Shown here in pieces: positions 12,253 through 23,233 of a DNA stretch of 64,000 nt (positions are counted from its first letter, which is position 1; each line of letters begins with the position of its first letter). The position numbers were made by a program, and so were the translations under genes. Source of the DNA: Lophium mytilinum (lineage: Eukaryota). The stretch is from positions 165,397-229,396 of the forward strand of contig MU004191.1 in the NCBI GenBank assembly GCA_010093605.1, in the 5' to 3' direction. Under the pieces are notes generated by a model that saw only the letters and a program-made list of their open reading frames with translations, was not told the DNA's origin and ran no database searches.

Positions 12253-13104
12253 TTATTTTCTGATGATTTGCTCAACAACGTCGAGCCCAGTCAGCTTCTT
12301 CACCATCCCATCAAACATCCCAAACGGCAACACCGCCGCCAACCGCGTCAACCACGCCGAGTCTCCCCTCCAGATAACATTCGGCGGGTTTTTCTTCAGT
12401 AAGTCCAGTACAGTCAATCTCGCCCACTCCTCCGCCTTCATTCCCGCATTCTCATCAAACCCCTCCTGCCGTAGCGCCTTCTCTACCACCTCCCTCGCAG
12501 GTTCGTAGATCGATCCATCCGGTAACGACGGCTGCTTAGCCTCGTTCAGATTCTTGACCAAGTTAGTCTTCACGATTGCCGTTCTTAGATCAACAACGGT
12601 GATCCCAAACGGCTGCAGTTCCAATCGCAGCGTATCCGACAGCATCGCCGTGGCCGCTTTCGAGGCGTTATACACCCCCTGAAACGGGATGGTCGTGACA
12701 GCTCCTACAGACGTTTGATTGACAACCATTCCTCTTTCTGCCTTTAACAGTAACGGCAGGAAAGCCTGCGTCACGGCAATGTAGGACCAGACATTCAAAT
12801 CAAAGAGTTCTTTGGCTTCGGGGATGGATAAGTCGGCTATGGGCATGGTGTACTGGGCGCCGGCATTGTTGACGAGCATGTCCAGGCTGGGGATTTGATT
12901 GACGCAAGCGGCGATTGAGGAGGCGGATTGGACATCGAGGGTGAGGGTGGAGATGCCGAGGGAAGTAAGATGGGCCATTTTTGAAGGAGTGCGGGCGGTG
13001 GCGTAGACGTGGAGGCCAGAGGCATGGAATGCGAGGGCGAGGGCGGAGCCCATGCTGCCAGCGGAGCAGCCCGTTATTAGGACGGTGCGTTTCGTAGTAG
13101 ACAT
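12253..13104 (-). CDS. Short-chain dehydrogenase/reductase, Ayr1-like (17beta-HSD-like) subfamily
   Basis: VLITGCSAGSMG Rossmann motif, LVNNAG, catalytic YNASK, LRLELQPFG. Confidence 0.9.
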   Translation of the reverse strand: MSTTKRTVLITGCSAGSMGSALALAFHASGLHVYATARTPSKMAHLTSLGISTLTLDVQSASSIAACVNQIPSLDMLVNNAGAQYTMPIADLSIPEAKELFDLNVWSYIAVTQAFLPLLLKAERGMVVNQTSVGAVTTIPFQGVYNASKAATAMLSDTLRLELQPFGITVVDLRTAIVKTNLVKNLNEAKQPSLPDGSIYEPAREVVEKALRQEGFDENAGMKAEEWARLTVLDLLKKNPPNVIWRGDSAWLTRLAAVLPFGMFDGMVKKLTGLDVVEQIIRK

Positions 13105-13317
13105 TTGGCAAGACCAAAGGTTGATATGGAGGTGTTCGGGTTTGGGAGGTAACGTGGATATGAGAGACGTAGGTGGTATTATTGATTACAAGAGCGGCAA
13201 ATAGGTTTGGATGTAGTGCGCAATGTGGGAAAGATGAACTTAACTTTCTCTTGCCTCAAACCATCCTACCTCCAGTCCGGAATTACCAATGTGGTTAGTC
13301 GCATTTCATTGGCTGAG

Positions 13318-13339
13318 AACTTTCCCGCGCGGGAAAGTT
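13318..13339. promoter_or_regulatory. Perfect 22-bp palindrome upstream of the SDR
   Basis: AACTTTCCCGCGCGGGAAAGTT is its own reverse complement; it lies ~215 bp upstream of the SDR ATG. Function is inferred only. Confidence 0.45.
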
Positions 13340-13397
13340 TGAACCCCATTGCGGCACCATTCTCACTGTACCGTAATAGCTAATGCTCGAGGCCCGC

Positions 13398-13511
13398 GGG
13401 ATCCGCCGGGAATCGAACCCAAGGTCCTCGAGTTGGCCCCCGAAGCCGAGAGCTAACGATATTCTTCCCCCAAAAGAGGTTCTAAAGATGATAACGCGTA
13501 ATTCCAGACCC
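13398..13511 (-). pseudogene. Degenerate tRNA-like element (tRNA pseudogene or tRNA-derived SINE head)
   Basis: On the minus strand, 5' GGGTCTG pairs with 3' CGGATCC (acceptor stem), and TTGGG-TTCGATT-CCCGG forms a T-arm with an intact B-box. The D-arm and anticodon cannot be parsed. Confidence 0.5.
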
Positions 13512-13769
13512 CACCCTACCGTCTCGGTCTTTGATGAAGTGAATGTGCGACCTCAAAAAGGCACATCAATCACGCCGACGCTCATGTACCACGGCATTAC
13601 GGCGAACTCAATCACCGTCTTTACTCCAGAAATAAACAGTAAGATGACTTGATTGTACGTTTTTTGAATTTGGGGCGGCCTCTGAATGCGCACCTCGCTG
13701 TAGTCGGAACATCGGTGCTTGGATCGGAAGCCGGTGCAATGTTCGCAAGATGAAAATTGGTCCGTGGGT

Positions 13770-13812
13770 CTTTCTGACAGCGTTCTGACAGCTTTCTGAC
13801 AGCTTTCTGACA
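13770..13812. repeat. 11-bp tandem repeat (TTTCTGACAGC) x ~4
   Basis: ctttctgacagcgttctgacagctttctgacagctttctgaca read directly. Confidence 0.9.
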
Positions 13813-14024
13813 CTCCAATTTGGCTGGCAGCAATTTGATCCCCAGACACATATAGTCATTGCGTGTACAATTTATCCTTTTGCGGAACATGTAGATAGAA
13901 ATTCACCCTTTGTTTGGGCATGGATGTGAAAATAATGCTGAGATGAGACAAAAACGCTGCTTGCTGATGCCCAGGAAATTTGATTGCGAAATACCTTTTG
14001 AAGTCGCAAAAAGAGCACTCGCCT

Positions 14025-15497
14025 CTAAGAGAGATCTAGCCTAGTTTCTTCTTGAATGTACGCTTCCTTCAGCAGTGTCACTATTTTCCCCAAATCGACC
14101 ACCGACGTAGTAAATGGCGGAGCGATAATAACATGATCACCACGAACTCCATCTACTGTTCCGGCGCCAGGATAAACGGCCAAACCCAGATTGAACGCGT
14201 TCTGTTGGACATTGAAGCCAAAGTGGCAGGACGGTGAGAATGTCTCCTTCGTCGTCTTATCCCTCACGAACTCAAGGGCCCAGAATAGACCTCGTCCTCG
14301 AATGTTACCGACGAACTTACAGCCACCAAAAGTATCCACCAATAACTGATTCAAAAGCATGCCCATCAGGGCACACCGCTGAACGAGACTCTCTCTTCGC
14401 ACAATCTTCTGTACTGCAAGCGCAGTAGCACATGTCACGGGATGCGCCTGGTACGTTTGACCGTGATTGAAAGCAGCTGAACCAGCTCTCAGCGTGTCCA
14501 CGACCTTTGAGGATATCAGCACCGCAGCCACAGGCGCATATCCACCTCCGAGTCCTTTCCCGACAGTGACGATGTCCGGTAGCACGTCCTCTTGCTCAAA
14601 CGCAAAGTATGTTCCAGTTCTGCCCATCCCGCACATGATCTCATCTAGGTGGAGCAGGATTCCGTATTTATCGCACAGCTTGCGGACTCCCGCGAAGTAC
14701 CCTTTCGGTGCCGCAACGCATCCAGATGTGGCGCCTACGACGGGCTCAGCAATGAAGGAGATGACATTCTCCGGGCCTATCCGTTGGAACTCAGCGTCCA
14801 GCTCCGCAATTAGCCGAACAACGTATTCCTGCTCTGTTTCGCTGGAGCGTTGGTATTGGTACGAATACGCGGGCGAAACAAATGATACGTTGTGCATCAA
14901 GATATCCTGGTACGGGACCTTCCTTGGCAGGTTCGCGGAAACCGACATGCTGGCGATTGAATTCCCGTGATAGCTTTGCGACCTCGATACGTAGAACTTC
15001 CGTTGTGGCTCCCCCTTTTCGTAGAAATACTGCCGAGCGAGCTTCAAGGCCGCATCGTTGGCTTCGCTACCGCTGCCACAAAAATACGCCTTTTCGAGCC
15101 CATGCTGAAATCCTCCGGGTGGGATTTCCAGAATCAAGTCTGCGAGGTCCTCGGCGGAGGAGGTAGTGTATGAAAGCGTGTGAACGTAGGAGACCTTTTG
15201 CATTTGTGCTACCGTGGCAGCCATGACTTCTTCGTTGCCGTGGCCGATGATGGCGACCGCTGCTCCACCGCAACCGTCCAGGATCGAGACTCCGGTGGAG
15301 AGTTGAAGGTAACTCCCCAAGGCGCTTGATACTTCGTACGGTGACTCCGTAAAAGATCGGTGCAGAAGACCTCTCCCTTGGCCTCTAGATTCTGGTGACA
15401 TGGTGGTGGACGGTGTTGCCTCTGCTACAATGCTCTTTGCAATGGCAGAGGCATCCCCGTTCGAGGAGACAGTCTCGAGAAGGAGTGAGGGTGCCAT
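14025..15497 (-). CDS. Class-III PLP-dependent (omega-amino acid) aminotransferase
   Basis: LDGCGGAAV, GSGSEAND, SYHG, IAEPVVG, LHLDEIMCGMGRTG, DIVTVGKGLGGG (PLP lysine), HGQTY. Confidence 0.93.
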   Translation of the reverse strand: MAPSLLLETVSSNGDASAIAKSIVAEATPSTTMSPESRGQGRGLLHRSFTESPYEVSSALGSYLQLSTGVSILDGCGGAAVAIIGHGNEEVMAATVAQMQKVSYVHTLSYTTSSAEDLADLILEIPPGGFQHGLEKAYFCGSGSEANDAALKLARQYFYEKGEPQRKFYVSRSQSYHGNSIASMSVSANLPRKVPYQDILMHNVSFVSPAYSYQYQRSSETEQEYVVRLIAELDAEFQRIGPENVISFIAEPVVGATSGCVAAPKGYFAGVRKLCDKYGILLHLDEIMCGMGRTGTYFAFEQEDVLPDIVTVGKGLGGGYAPVAAVLISSKVVDTLRAGSAAFNHGQTYQAHPVTCATALAVQKIVRRESLVQRCALMGMLLNQLLVDTFGGCKFVGNIRGRGLFWALEFVRDKTTKETFSPSCHFGFNVQQNAFNLGLAVYPGAGTVDGVRGDHVIIAPPFTTSVVDLGKIVTLLKEAYIQEETRLDLS

Positions 15498-16031
15498 GAT
15501 GAGTGATGTTTCGAATGTCTAGATCGTTTGGAGTACTCTTTGCTGCTAATAAAGAAACCGATCGAAGACTTCCAGCTCGGAGGGACGAGGACTGCAGACA
15601 GCTCGGCCACGGGGCCATCCCGAACTCGGAAGCTCCAAGTCCCGTCGCAGGAATAGATGGGCCATCTTGTGGAGCAGATGGGGCGCCTCGTTGGCAGATA
15701 TCCGGGTGCGAGTCTCAAAGGCCGGTTGATGGCGACCGTAAGATTAGGTCGGGTCTGACCGGGGTTTTCTTTCGCTTCTCAACCGGCGTTTCGCTCCACC
15801 ACTCCTGTCGCCCTTGACAACATCCGACACCCTATCTACATCCATCGTCTGAGTCTTGGAGCATCCCTGAGCTCAATGAAAGAATCGCCGCGTTTACCTC
15901 GTCGTGCTAACTCGAACATTGCGCTGCGATGATAAGGACCGTCGTGATGGGTTCTATATGTAGGGCGACGATGTCAACGGGGAAAGCATCCTTGAAAGTC
16001 ATCATCGACCAGCATCATTCTATCATCAATA

Positions 16032-17720
16032 ATGTCTTCAGCCGTTAAGAAGGCTCCGTCACTCGCACACGTCAATACTATCGATCGAGAGAAGGGTGAG
16101 TCACTCGTCGATCGCCATGCGGATTTGGGACTTCAGCATCTGGCCAAGCATGGTCGTGTCGAATACACCGTCGAGGAAGAGAATGCCGTACGATGGAAAA
16201 TCGATCTCTGTTTGATGCCAATTGTAGGTCCACATCATTGCTATTGAAGACTAGAAGCCAATATTACCAGTTGGCCATCACTTTTGGGCTCCAATACTTG
16301 GACAAAGTCACCATCAGTTACGCTGCAGTCTACGGTATGCGCAAAGATCTGCATCTGGTTGGCACGCAATACTCATGGGCCAATTCCATCTTCTATTTCG
16401 GGTACCTTGTTGGAGAGATTCCTTCCAACTATCTCATGCAAAAACTCCCCATCGGTAAATTTGCATCCGTCAACCTCCTCATCTGGGGCGTATTGGTCAT
16501 GCTCTGCGCTGTGTGTAAGAACTTTGCTGGTCTTGCCACTGTCCGCTTTCTGATGGGTATTTTTGAGTCTTGTATTGGCCCTTGCTGGGTCACTATCACA
16601 GCTATGTTCTACAAGGGACAGGAACAAGGAACCAGGTGCACAGCGTGGTACTTTATGGTCGGAGTTGCTGCTATTGTGGGTGGCCTCTTATCGTATGGCA
16701 TTGGCCATGTTGACTCCGTCGCAGTCGATCAATGGCAACTCGTTGTAAGTACTCGAGATCTTGGATCAGACTTCGAAACATCTTGAGCTGATTTGCTTAG
16801 TTTTTGATCTGCGGTGGCTTCACCGTTGCGTGGGCTGTAATTGTATTCTTGTTTTTGCCTGACTCTCCACTTAACGCCAAATTCCTTAATGAGCGGGAGA
16901 GATCGATCGCGGTTGAACGTCTGCGGAACAACCGGACTGGTATCAAGACGTCGCAATTTAAATGGCATCAGGTCCAAGAAGGTTTGTTGCGCGACAAAAC
17001 TTTTCAAAACACTTCTGACATTCGATAGCTCTGCGAGATCCTCAAGTATGGATGATCACCCTCTGGGCAGGGATCAGCAATATTTGCAACATCGGAGGAT
17101 CTTTCCTTCCTCTCATCATCCAGGAGATGGGGTTTTCAGGCATCACCACAACGCTTTTGACTCTGCCGGTAGGCGGAACGGAGTGTGTTGCAATGATTGT
17201 TGCAGGGGGTGCATCATGGTACTTCACCAACGGCAGATCTATCATTATGTTTGTGGTCGCACTCCCAACGCTCGTTGGCACGATTTTACTTCAAGCCCTC
17301 CCACAATCCGCAACTTGGGGACGCTGTGTCGGTGTATGGTTTCTCCTTTGCGTGCCTGCATCGTACGCTATCCTTCTTAGTCTCATATCTTCCAACATCG
17401 CCGGTTTCTCTAAGAAAATCACCACGACTTTCCTGGTATTTGTCAGCTTCTGCGTCGGCAACATTGTCAGTCCGCAGTTGTTTCTCACCTCGGAGGCGCC
17501 GCACTATGGTACTGGATGTCGGGCGATGCTGGTGGCCATCTGCCTATGCCAGGCACTCTCGGTCGGGCTTGGATGCTATTACTGGTTTGAGAACAAGAAG
17601 AGAGACAAGCTTTTGGCGGAAGCGCCTGTCGAGGCCGTCAATGCGGCTTCAGTAGAGGATGAGGAGTTCTTAGATAGGACTGACATGGAGGACGCGCTGA
17701 AGTTCCGATACAGATGGTAG
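16032..17720 (+). CDS. MFS transporter, Dal5/allantoate permease (ACS) family; 3 introns
   Basis: VRWKIDLCLMP, LQYLDK, QYSWANSIFYFGY, LPDSP..FLNERER, SNIAGFSKK, FLDRTD..FRY; introns near 16224-16270, 16745-16800 and 16982-17028. Confidence 0.92.
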
Positions 17721-17988
17721 CTCTGCGGGACTTCGCAGAAGCCCGCACCGACGCCTTTAGCGCTGCAACTTAGATCAACATTCTCATGCTACTGCTATAC
17801 ATACTTCAATGCATTAGGCATCTAAAACACCACGTGAATCTCTTTGCGCTACGAATCAACACCATCAGTTCATCATTTCTAGGATATTCCAATACATCGC
17901 GAAACTTTTCCCCGGTTTCGTATTGCTAGCTTAAGCATACTATAGGCATTGGACTAGCCCCATCTTGAACGCCCAGGCGATGTCCTCC

Positions 17989-18785
17989 TCACCAGGGGTA
18001 GATGCCATCCTTCTGAACAAAGAGACCTGCGTCTGCATCGCGCTTTCCTTCGATGATACTCAGAACGAGCTCCCCAGAGACCTTTGGATCCTCAGCTTTG
18101 CCGAAAGCGCCTCCGTTCCTTGCCTCCTCGCTCTTACCACGGAGATTGGAGATCACAAACCCTGGGCACATGGCAAACGATTTGAGACCCTTCGACTTAT
18201 ACACTGCCCATTCTCGTGCCATGACCATGTTGAGTGCAGCCTTACTAGTGCAATAAGCATCGGCGCCTGGGAAATCAGGGCCGCTAGCACCCCCCGCCAT
18301 TGCGATTGATCCAAGTCCGGAGCTGATGTAGATCGAATATGGTTTCTCTGCCTTCAGCAGCAGCGGCCTGAAGGCTTCGGCTACCATCGCAGGCCCGACG
18401 ACGTTGGTCTCTAAGACTGCTTGGAAGCGAGTCTTCAGGTCTGGATCTCTGTTACCGATGCCGGCGTTGTTGACGAGGACATCCAGGGTTCCGAATTTGT
18501 CGCTGACGAGCTCGGCGGCTTGCTCAATCGATTTCTGATCAGTGACATCGAGATGGATGGTGGATAAGGTGCCCTTTATTCCGGTTGCTTCGATCTCTGA
18601 CTTGGCGTTTTCTGCGTTTTCGAGAGAGCGGCAAGCCATGATGATGTGGAAGTTCTCTGATGCACTGGCTAGGACTTTGGCCGTAGCGTAGCCGACGCCA
18701 GAATTGGCACCTGATTCATATAAGACCATGTTGATAGTTCAAGTCTCTGGGACTCACCGGTAATGAGAACTGTTGTTGGAGCCAT
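17989..18785 (-). CDS. Short-chain dehydrogenase/reductase (carbonyl-reductase-like); 1 intron
   Basis: Exon 1 MAPTTVLIT is spliced (GTGAGT..CAG) to GANSGVG; LVNNAG, catalytic YCTSK, CPGFV. Confidence 0.9.
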
Positions 18786-19423
18786 CTTGGTACCGCTCAG
18801 AAGACAATTCAATTAAGGGATGTTGATAAAGCTTGATAGATTAGAAAACAGGATGAGTTGAGTGATGAGCTGGTTGACCTTTCACGAGATGGACGGAGTG
18901 CATTTATAGCTGAACGGCCCCGTTCTATCTCCCGATCTCCGTCCATTTCTTAGTACATATCGTCATAGGACAGTTCGCCTTGTGGATAACTCGGACAGGG
19001 ACTAAACTATTTCGGGAGCTACTCGCTACGGGATGAAACTACATTACGCTTACCGAGACGGTGAGCATTTTCGGAAAGATCATAAATCATCGAGTAGAGA
19101 GAGGCCTTTCCGCCTCTGGTGTTACACACATCAGTACGGATATATAGCAAACTCCGGGGAAGAGACTCATGCTAGCGATGGCACTAAATATACCAGGCGC
19201 TAAACCGACTCTGGCGATACTCGCGGCGCAGGGACGTGCACGTCACTAGTTGGACGAATAAGAACGCCGGCGGAGTTAAGCACTCAAGCCCAACTCGCAG
19301 GTATCCTCATCTCCTAGACTTACTCCATCAAAGCCATCACAAGTAGAACATCGTCTTAACGAGCGAACGACCGAGTTTGCCCTCTTTCGAACGAGCGACG
19401 CGCACAAATCCTGCCTAGGCATC

Positions 19424-21046
19424 ATGCCGTTCCCAAGCGCTGGGTGCCAGCCATGTAGGGCCCGACGGCTCAAGGCTAGTCGACCCCGTAATATGATTGA
19501 AGACTTCTGACCTTGACTGTAGTGCGACGAGGCCCAGCCCGTGTGCCAGAGGTGTGCAAAATCCCGGCGAATCTGCGATGGGCGACAAGCTTTCATAGTG
19601 CATACGGAAAACCCTTACGCTAGCGGCCAGAAAAAGCGTCCCAGAGGACCACGATCAACTCGCAAAAGCGAGCCAGCAACCACTCTGCATGCCCTTCTCC
19701 CGCGTCAGCCTTTAGACCTGCAGGCCGAAGCCGTTGTGTACTACGTACGTTTCTATCTGCATAGCCCAAAGGATGCCCTGCCACTTCTAAGTGCACACTG
19801 TGCGCCGAGTGATCTGCAACCTGGGCGAACATTACAGATAGAGTGTCAGTTGGTGAACCTCGCCATTTCGTCAATAGCGCTAGCTTTATTTTCACGAACC
19901 CAGCAATGCCCGCAAGCAGGCGTCCAAGCAGCAGCTCAGTATCAGAAACTGCTCCAGCTGCTTCAGCTAACTCTCATTTCTTTGAACCAAAACAACATCG
20001 AGTCCTGTCTACTTGCAATCTCTCACATGGGTCTCTATGAGAACGCTATCTACCGACCTCAAAAGCAGGGAAATGCCTCATTATCTATGGCCTTGCCGAG
20101 CATGCCCCACGATGAAGGGGCATTGGTCTTATTGAAGTTCTGGAAAGAACACTTGAGTCTCAGACAGCCTGCGACCAATGTCGTAAAGACGATCAGACGT
20201 GAGGCAATCAAGCACGCTTTGCTTGGAAAAGTTGCCCTACCAGAGTGGATGAAAGACGGCGCGGCTTTCGGCGAAGACGGCCTCGCGCTCGAATACGACA
20301 CCATACTTATACGTATTGCCAGTGTTCGGCAGAGACTTTCCGCTCTATTTCAGTACAAATCTAGCCGTCAGCCAGATGCAAAGGAGCTTGCAGGATTAGC
20401 AGAGCCCCTCAATCAAGAGGCTCAAGATATAGACCAAGCACTGCAGGACTGGAGAATGAATTTCCCGAACGCGTGGTCCTATACTCGACATCGATTACCT
20501 ACTCATCGACTTTGGCCTAAAACTAGCTTCTTTTCTCCAGAAGTCTCTGTCTACCGGAGACTCGAAGATGCTGCGGTGTGGGCTCGGTACTTCTCCAGCA
20601 GAATGCTTGTCCTCAGTACACGGTTAAGCATCCTTCAGAATATCGAAGTGAATCCGGATAGCCTGCAACATGAACAAAGTTCGGGCTGCCGTTTCAAGCT
20701 ACAAGCTACGGCTGCTTCTCTAGCATCTACCGTACCGTTTTGCCTCGAACGGTTCAAGTTCGCGAATGGTCCCGACTTGGCCGATCAAGATATTACTCTA
20801 AACAAAAGCGAGATCACGACCAACCCTTATGCAGCGGGGTTGGTAACGAATCCGCTTGTCACTGCATCAAGCATCGTCAGTCATTTACCCAAGGAGCAGA
20901 AATCGTGGTTCCAGAGCCAGCTCGCACAGCTTGGAAGAGTCTCGGGCTTCGGGATTTTCGAAATCGCCACCACCGAGCGGTGGTCGGACCTTGTGCAGAG
21001 ATGTGACGAGATCAACGGAATTCATTGCGTGAAAAAATCTACATGA
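19424..21046 (+). CDS. Zn(II)2Cys6 transcription factor
   Basis: MPFPSAGCQPCRARRLK joined across intron 19475..19522 to CDEAQPVCQRCAKSRRIC gives the full six-Cys cluster; a long helical C-terminal region follows. Confidence 0.88.
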
Positions 21047-22787
21047 CTTTCATGGCTGTCTCAGCATCTGCGTTCTCAATCTGTGTCCCGACACCTCCGC
21101 TTGCTAAACCTGTCCTTCGAGTTAAGAGCTCACTTCTCCTGATGCACAGCTCGACACTGAGATCCGCGAGATCCTTGATGAGATCTAGCTCATGCAGCCG
21201 GTCCCAGATTTCATACCCTCGCCCCTCGTCCTCCTCGCGAGTCATCATCTTCGCCCCACTCTCCTTGATCACCATCCACCGGTTCTTGTCATCAAACCTT
21301 TCCCAAGGCGCTTCGCCATTCGCAAACTTTATCCACGCCTCAACCATGACCTCTCCGATCTTTTGATGTCCTTTAGGCAACGTATGCTTCAACACAGACC
21401 AGATAAGCACATTGTCAAATGAGTGGTGTGCCATTCCACCCCACGCATTGTCATATGGCGAAGGAACGTCAAAATGCCACGCATACACACCCGGAGATGC
21501 CAACTCAGCGAAATAGTTCAGAACAGAGTACATTCCATGGCTTGTGAATCGTTCCAAAGCAGTAAATGTCTCCGCCGGCGTCGAACCTTCAGAAATACCG
21601 TACAAATCTGCAATCACCTTTGCCTTTTCAGCGCCGAGGTAGGACTCCATCTTTCGGAGAAGAAGGGGTGCTGTAGGCGTCGAAAGATCTGCATCTTTGG
21701 CCATTGGCGTTGCAGATAGGTTATCCCACGCTTTGTTCCAGATGATACACTCGTTAATGCAGTCGCCCAACATGATCCTCGGACACCATTCGGGGATTTT
21801 AAATTGGTTGTATTGCGCATAAGTGGGAATACCGCCGGGTATGAGCACGTTGTCATCGCATAATCCCATCGTGATGACTGGCGTGATGAAAACGGGGACC
21901 ATCGCCGCAGTAACATCCGCCGTATTGACAGCGAGGAGTTGCTTGACTCTTTCGGTAGGCGGAAGGTCCAGACTGATTCCTAGCTCAAGGAGCATGTTCT
22001 CATAGCAGATTTGATATTCGTCAATTGACATGACTCCACATAGTCGAATCAAACCGGACTGTAGAATAGCAGACGAGAAAAGCGCTTCATCTCGGAGAAG
22101 GTGCGTGTGAACTGAAACTCCCCCAGCGCTTTGGCCGAAGAGCGTCACTTGTTCTGGGTCGCCACCAAAGCCGGCGATGTATTGCTGGATCCATCGCAAT
22201 GCTAGAACTTGGTCCCAGATACCGTAGTTGCCGACTCCAGACTCTCTGTGCTGCTTGTTGTATGCCTCTAGGTCGTGGCCCGCGAGGAATCCATAGACGC
22301 CGAGGCGGTAGTTCAACGTGATAATGATGGTCGGTCTAGCGAGCACGTTGGCCGAAGCATCGGCGAGAATCCGACCGTCATAAATCGGCGAAGAACCCAT
22401 CGCATACACGAATGCGCCGCCGTGCAAGAAGACCATGACAGGTAGTTTTGATCCATTTTGAGCGGGCAGTCTAGGTACTGAGATATTGAGGTTGAGGCAG
22501 TTGAATTCGTCCGCGGTTGGCATCTGAAGCCATGGTCTTGCGGCCGAGGGGATTGGATAGAAGTCTCGGGGTGGTTGTGGACAATATGGTCCTAGTTTCG
22601 TGCCGTCGTGCTCGCCGTTTGTCCATGCTGGCGAAGGAATTGATCTCCGGAAGCGTCCTGGAATACTTGCGTAGGGAATTCCGAGATATTGACTTGTTGA
22701 GTCGTTGTAAGAAATGCCTTTAATTTTCCCTAGACCTGGGATCTGGGTATCGACAGTGTCGACTTTGGGGATCTCGTCGGATTTCAT
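21039..22787 (-). CDS. Carboxylesterase type B (pNB-esterase-like), no signal peptide
   Basis: YLGIPYA, DEFNCLNLNI, PVMVFLHGGAF, NYRLG, FGGDP..TLFGQSAGG (nucleophile), AHHSFD (His). Confidence 0.93.
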   Translation of the reverse strand: MKSDEIPKVDTVDTQIPGLGKIKGISYNDSTSQYLGIPYASIPGRFRRSIPSPAWTNGEHDGTKLGPYCPQPPRDFYPIPSAARPWLQMPTADEFNCLNLNISVPRLPAQNGSKLPVMVFLHGGAFVYAMGSSPIYDGRILADASANVLARPTIIITLNYRLGVYGFLAGHDLEAYNKQHRESGVGNYGIWDQVLALRWIQQYIAGFGGDPEQVTLFGQSAGGVSVHTHLLRDEALFSSAILQSGLIRLCGVMSIDEYQICYENMLLELGISLDLPPTERVKQLLAVNTADVTAAMVPVFITPVITMGLCDDNVLIPGGIPTYAQYNQFKIPEWCPRIMLGDCINECIIWNKAWDNLSATPMAKDADLSTPTAPLLLRKMESYLGAEKAKVIADLYGISEGSTPAETFTALERFTSHGMYSVLNYFAELASPGVYAWHFDVPSPYDNAWGGMAHHSFDNVLIWSVLKHTLPKGHQKIGEVMVEAWIKFANGEAPWERFDDKNRWMVIKESGAKMMTREEDEGRGYEIWDRLHELDLIKDLADLSVELCIRRSELLTRRTGLASGGVGTQIENADAETAMKVM

Positions 22788-23233
22788 GTCTCAGATTAAT
22801 GATTATTCGTAGAGCTTTGGGACAATATGAGTTCGATGTTAGAAGTCAGAGCTTTTCTTAAGTCGTGATCCCCAGTCCCTAACGCTGCAAGCACGATTGG
22901 AGCTTGGTATACTCATCAGAGGCATGGTCGGGCTCAAAGGCCCGCACGCGTCGGCCCTGGAAAGATAGTGAATGTAAGAGGGTGGTTACGTCGGAGACAA
23001 ACCCCGCCCCTGACTCTAATCCCTCCAGAATTCAGATAGCATCTCGCACGGCCTATCAGTGGAGATATGCTAGCGTCCGAACAACCGGCAACAAAAGCCG
23101 GTGAAGCCCCACCGTCAAACCCGAACATATCCATCTCAGACGGCAACAACATCGCCGGCAATGAATATGGGTTTCGATAGGAGTAAGCACAGCATAGCTT
23201 GATAATAGGGCCGGAACCCGTGTCTGATACAGG

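Noticed and set aside
13398..13511. Functional tRNA, tRNA-Sec or tmRNA
   Set aside because: No parsable D-arm/A-box or 7-nt anticodon loop, no UCA anticodon; too short for tmRNA and the discriminator is not A.
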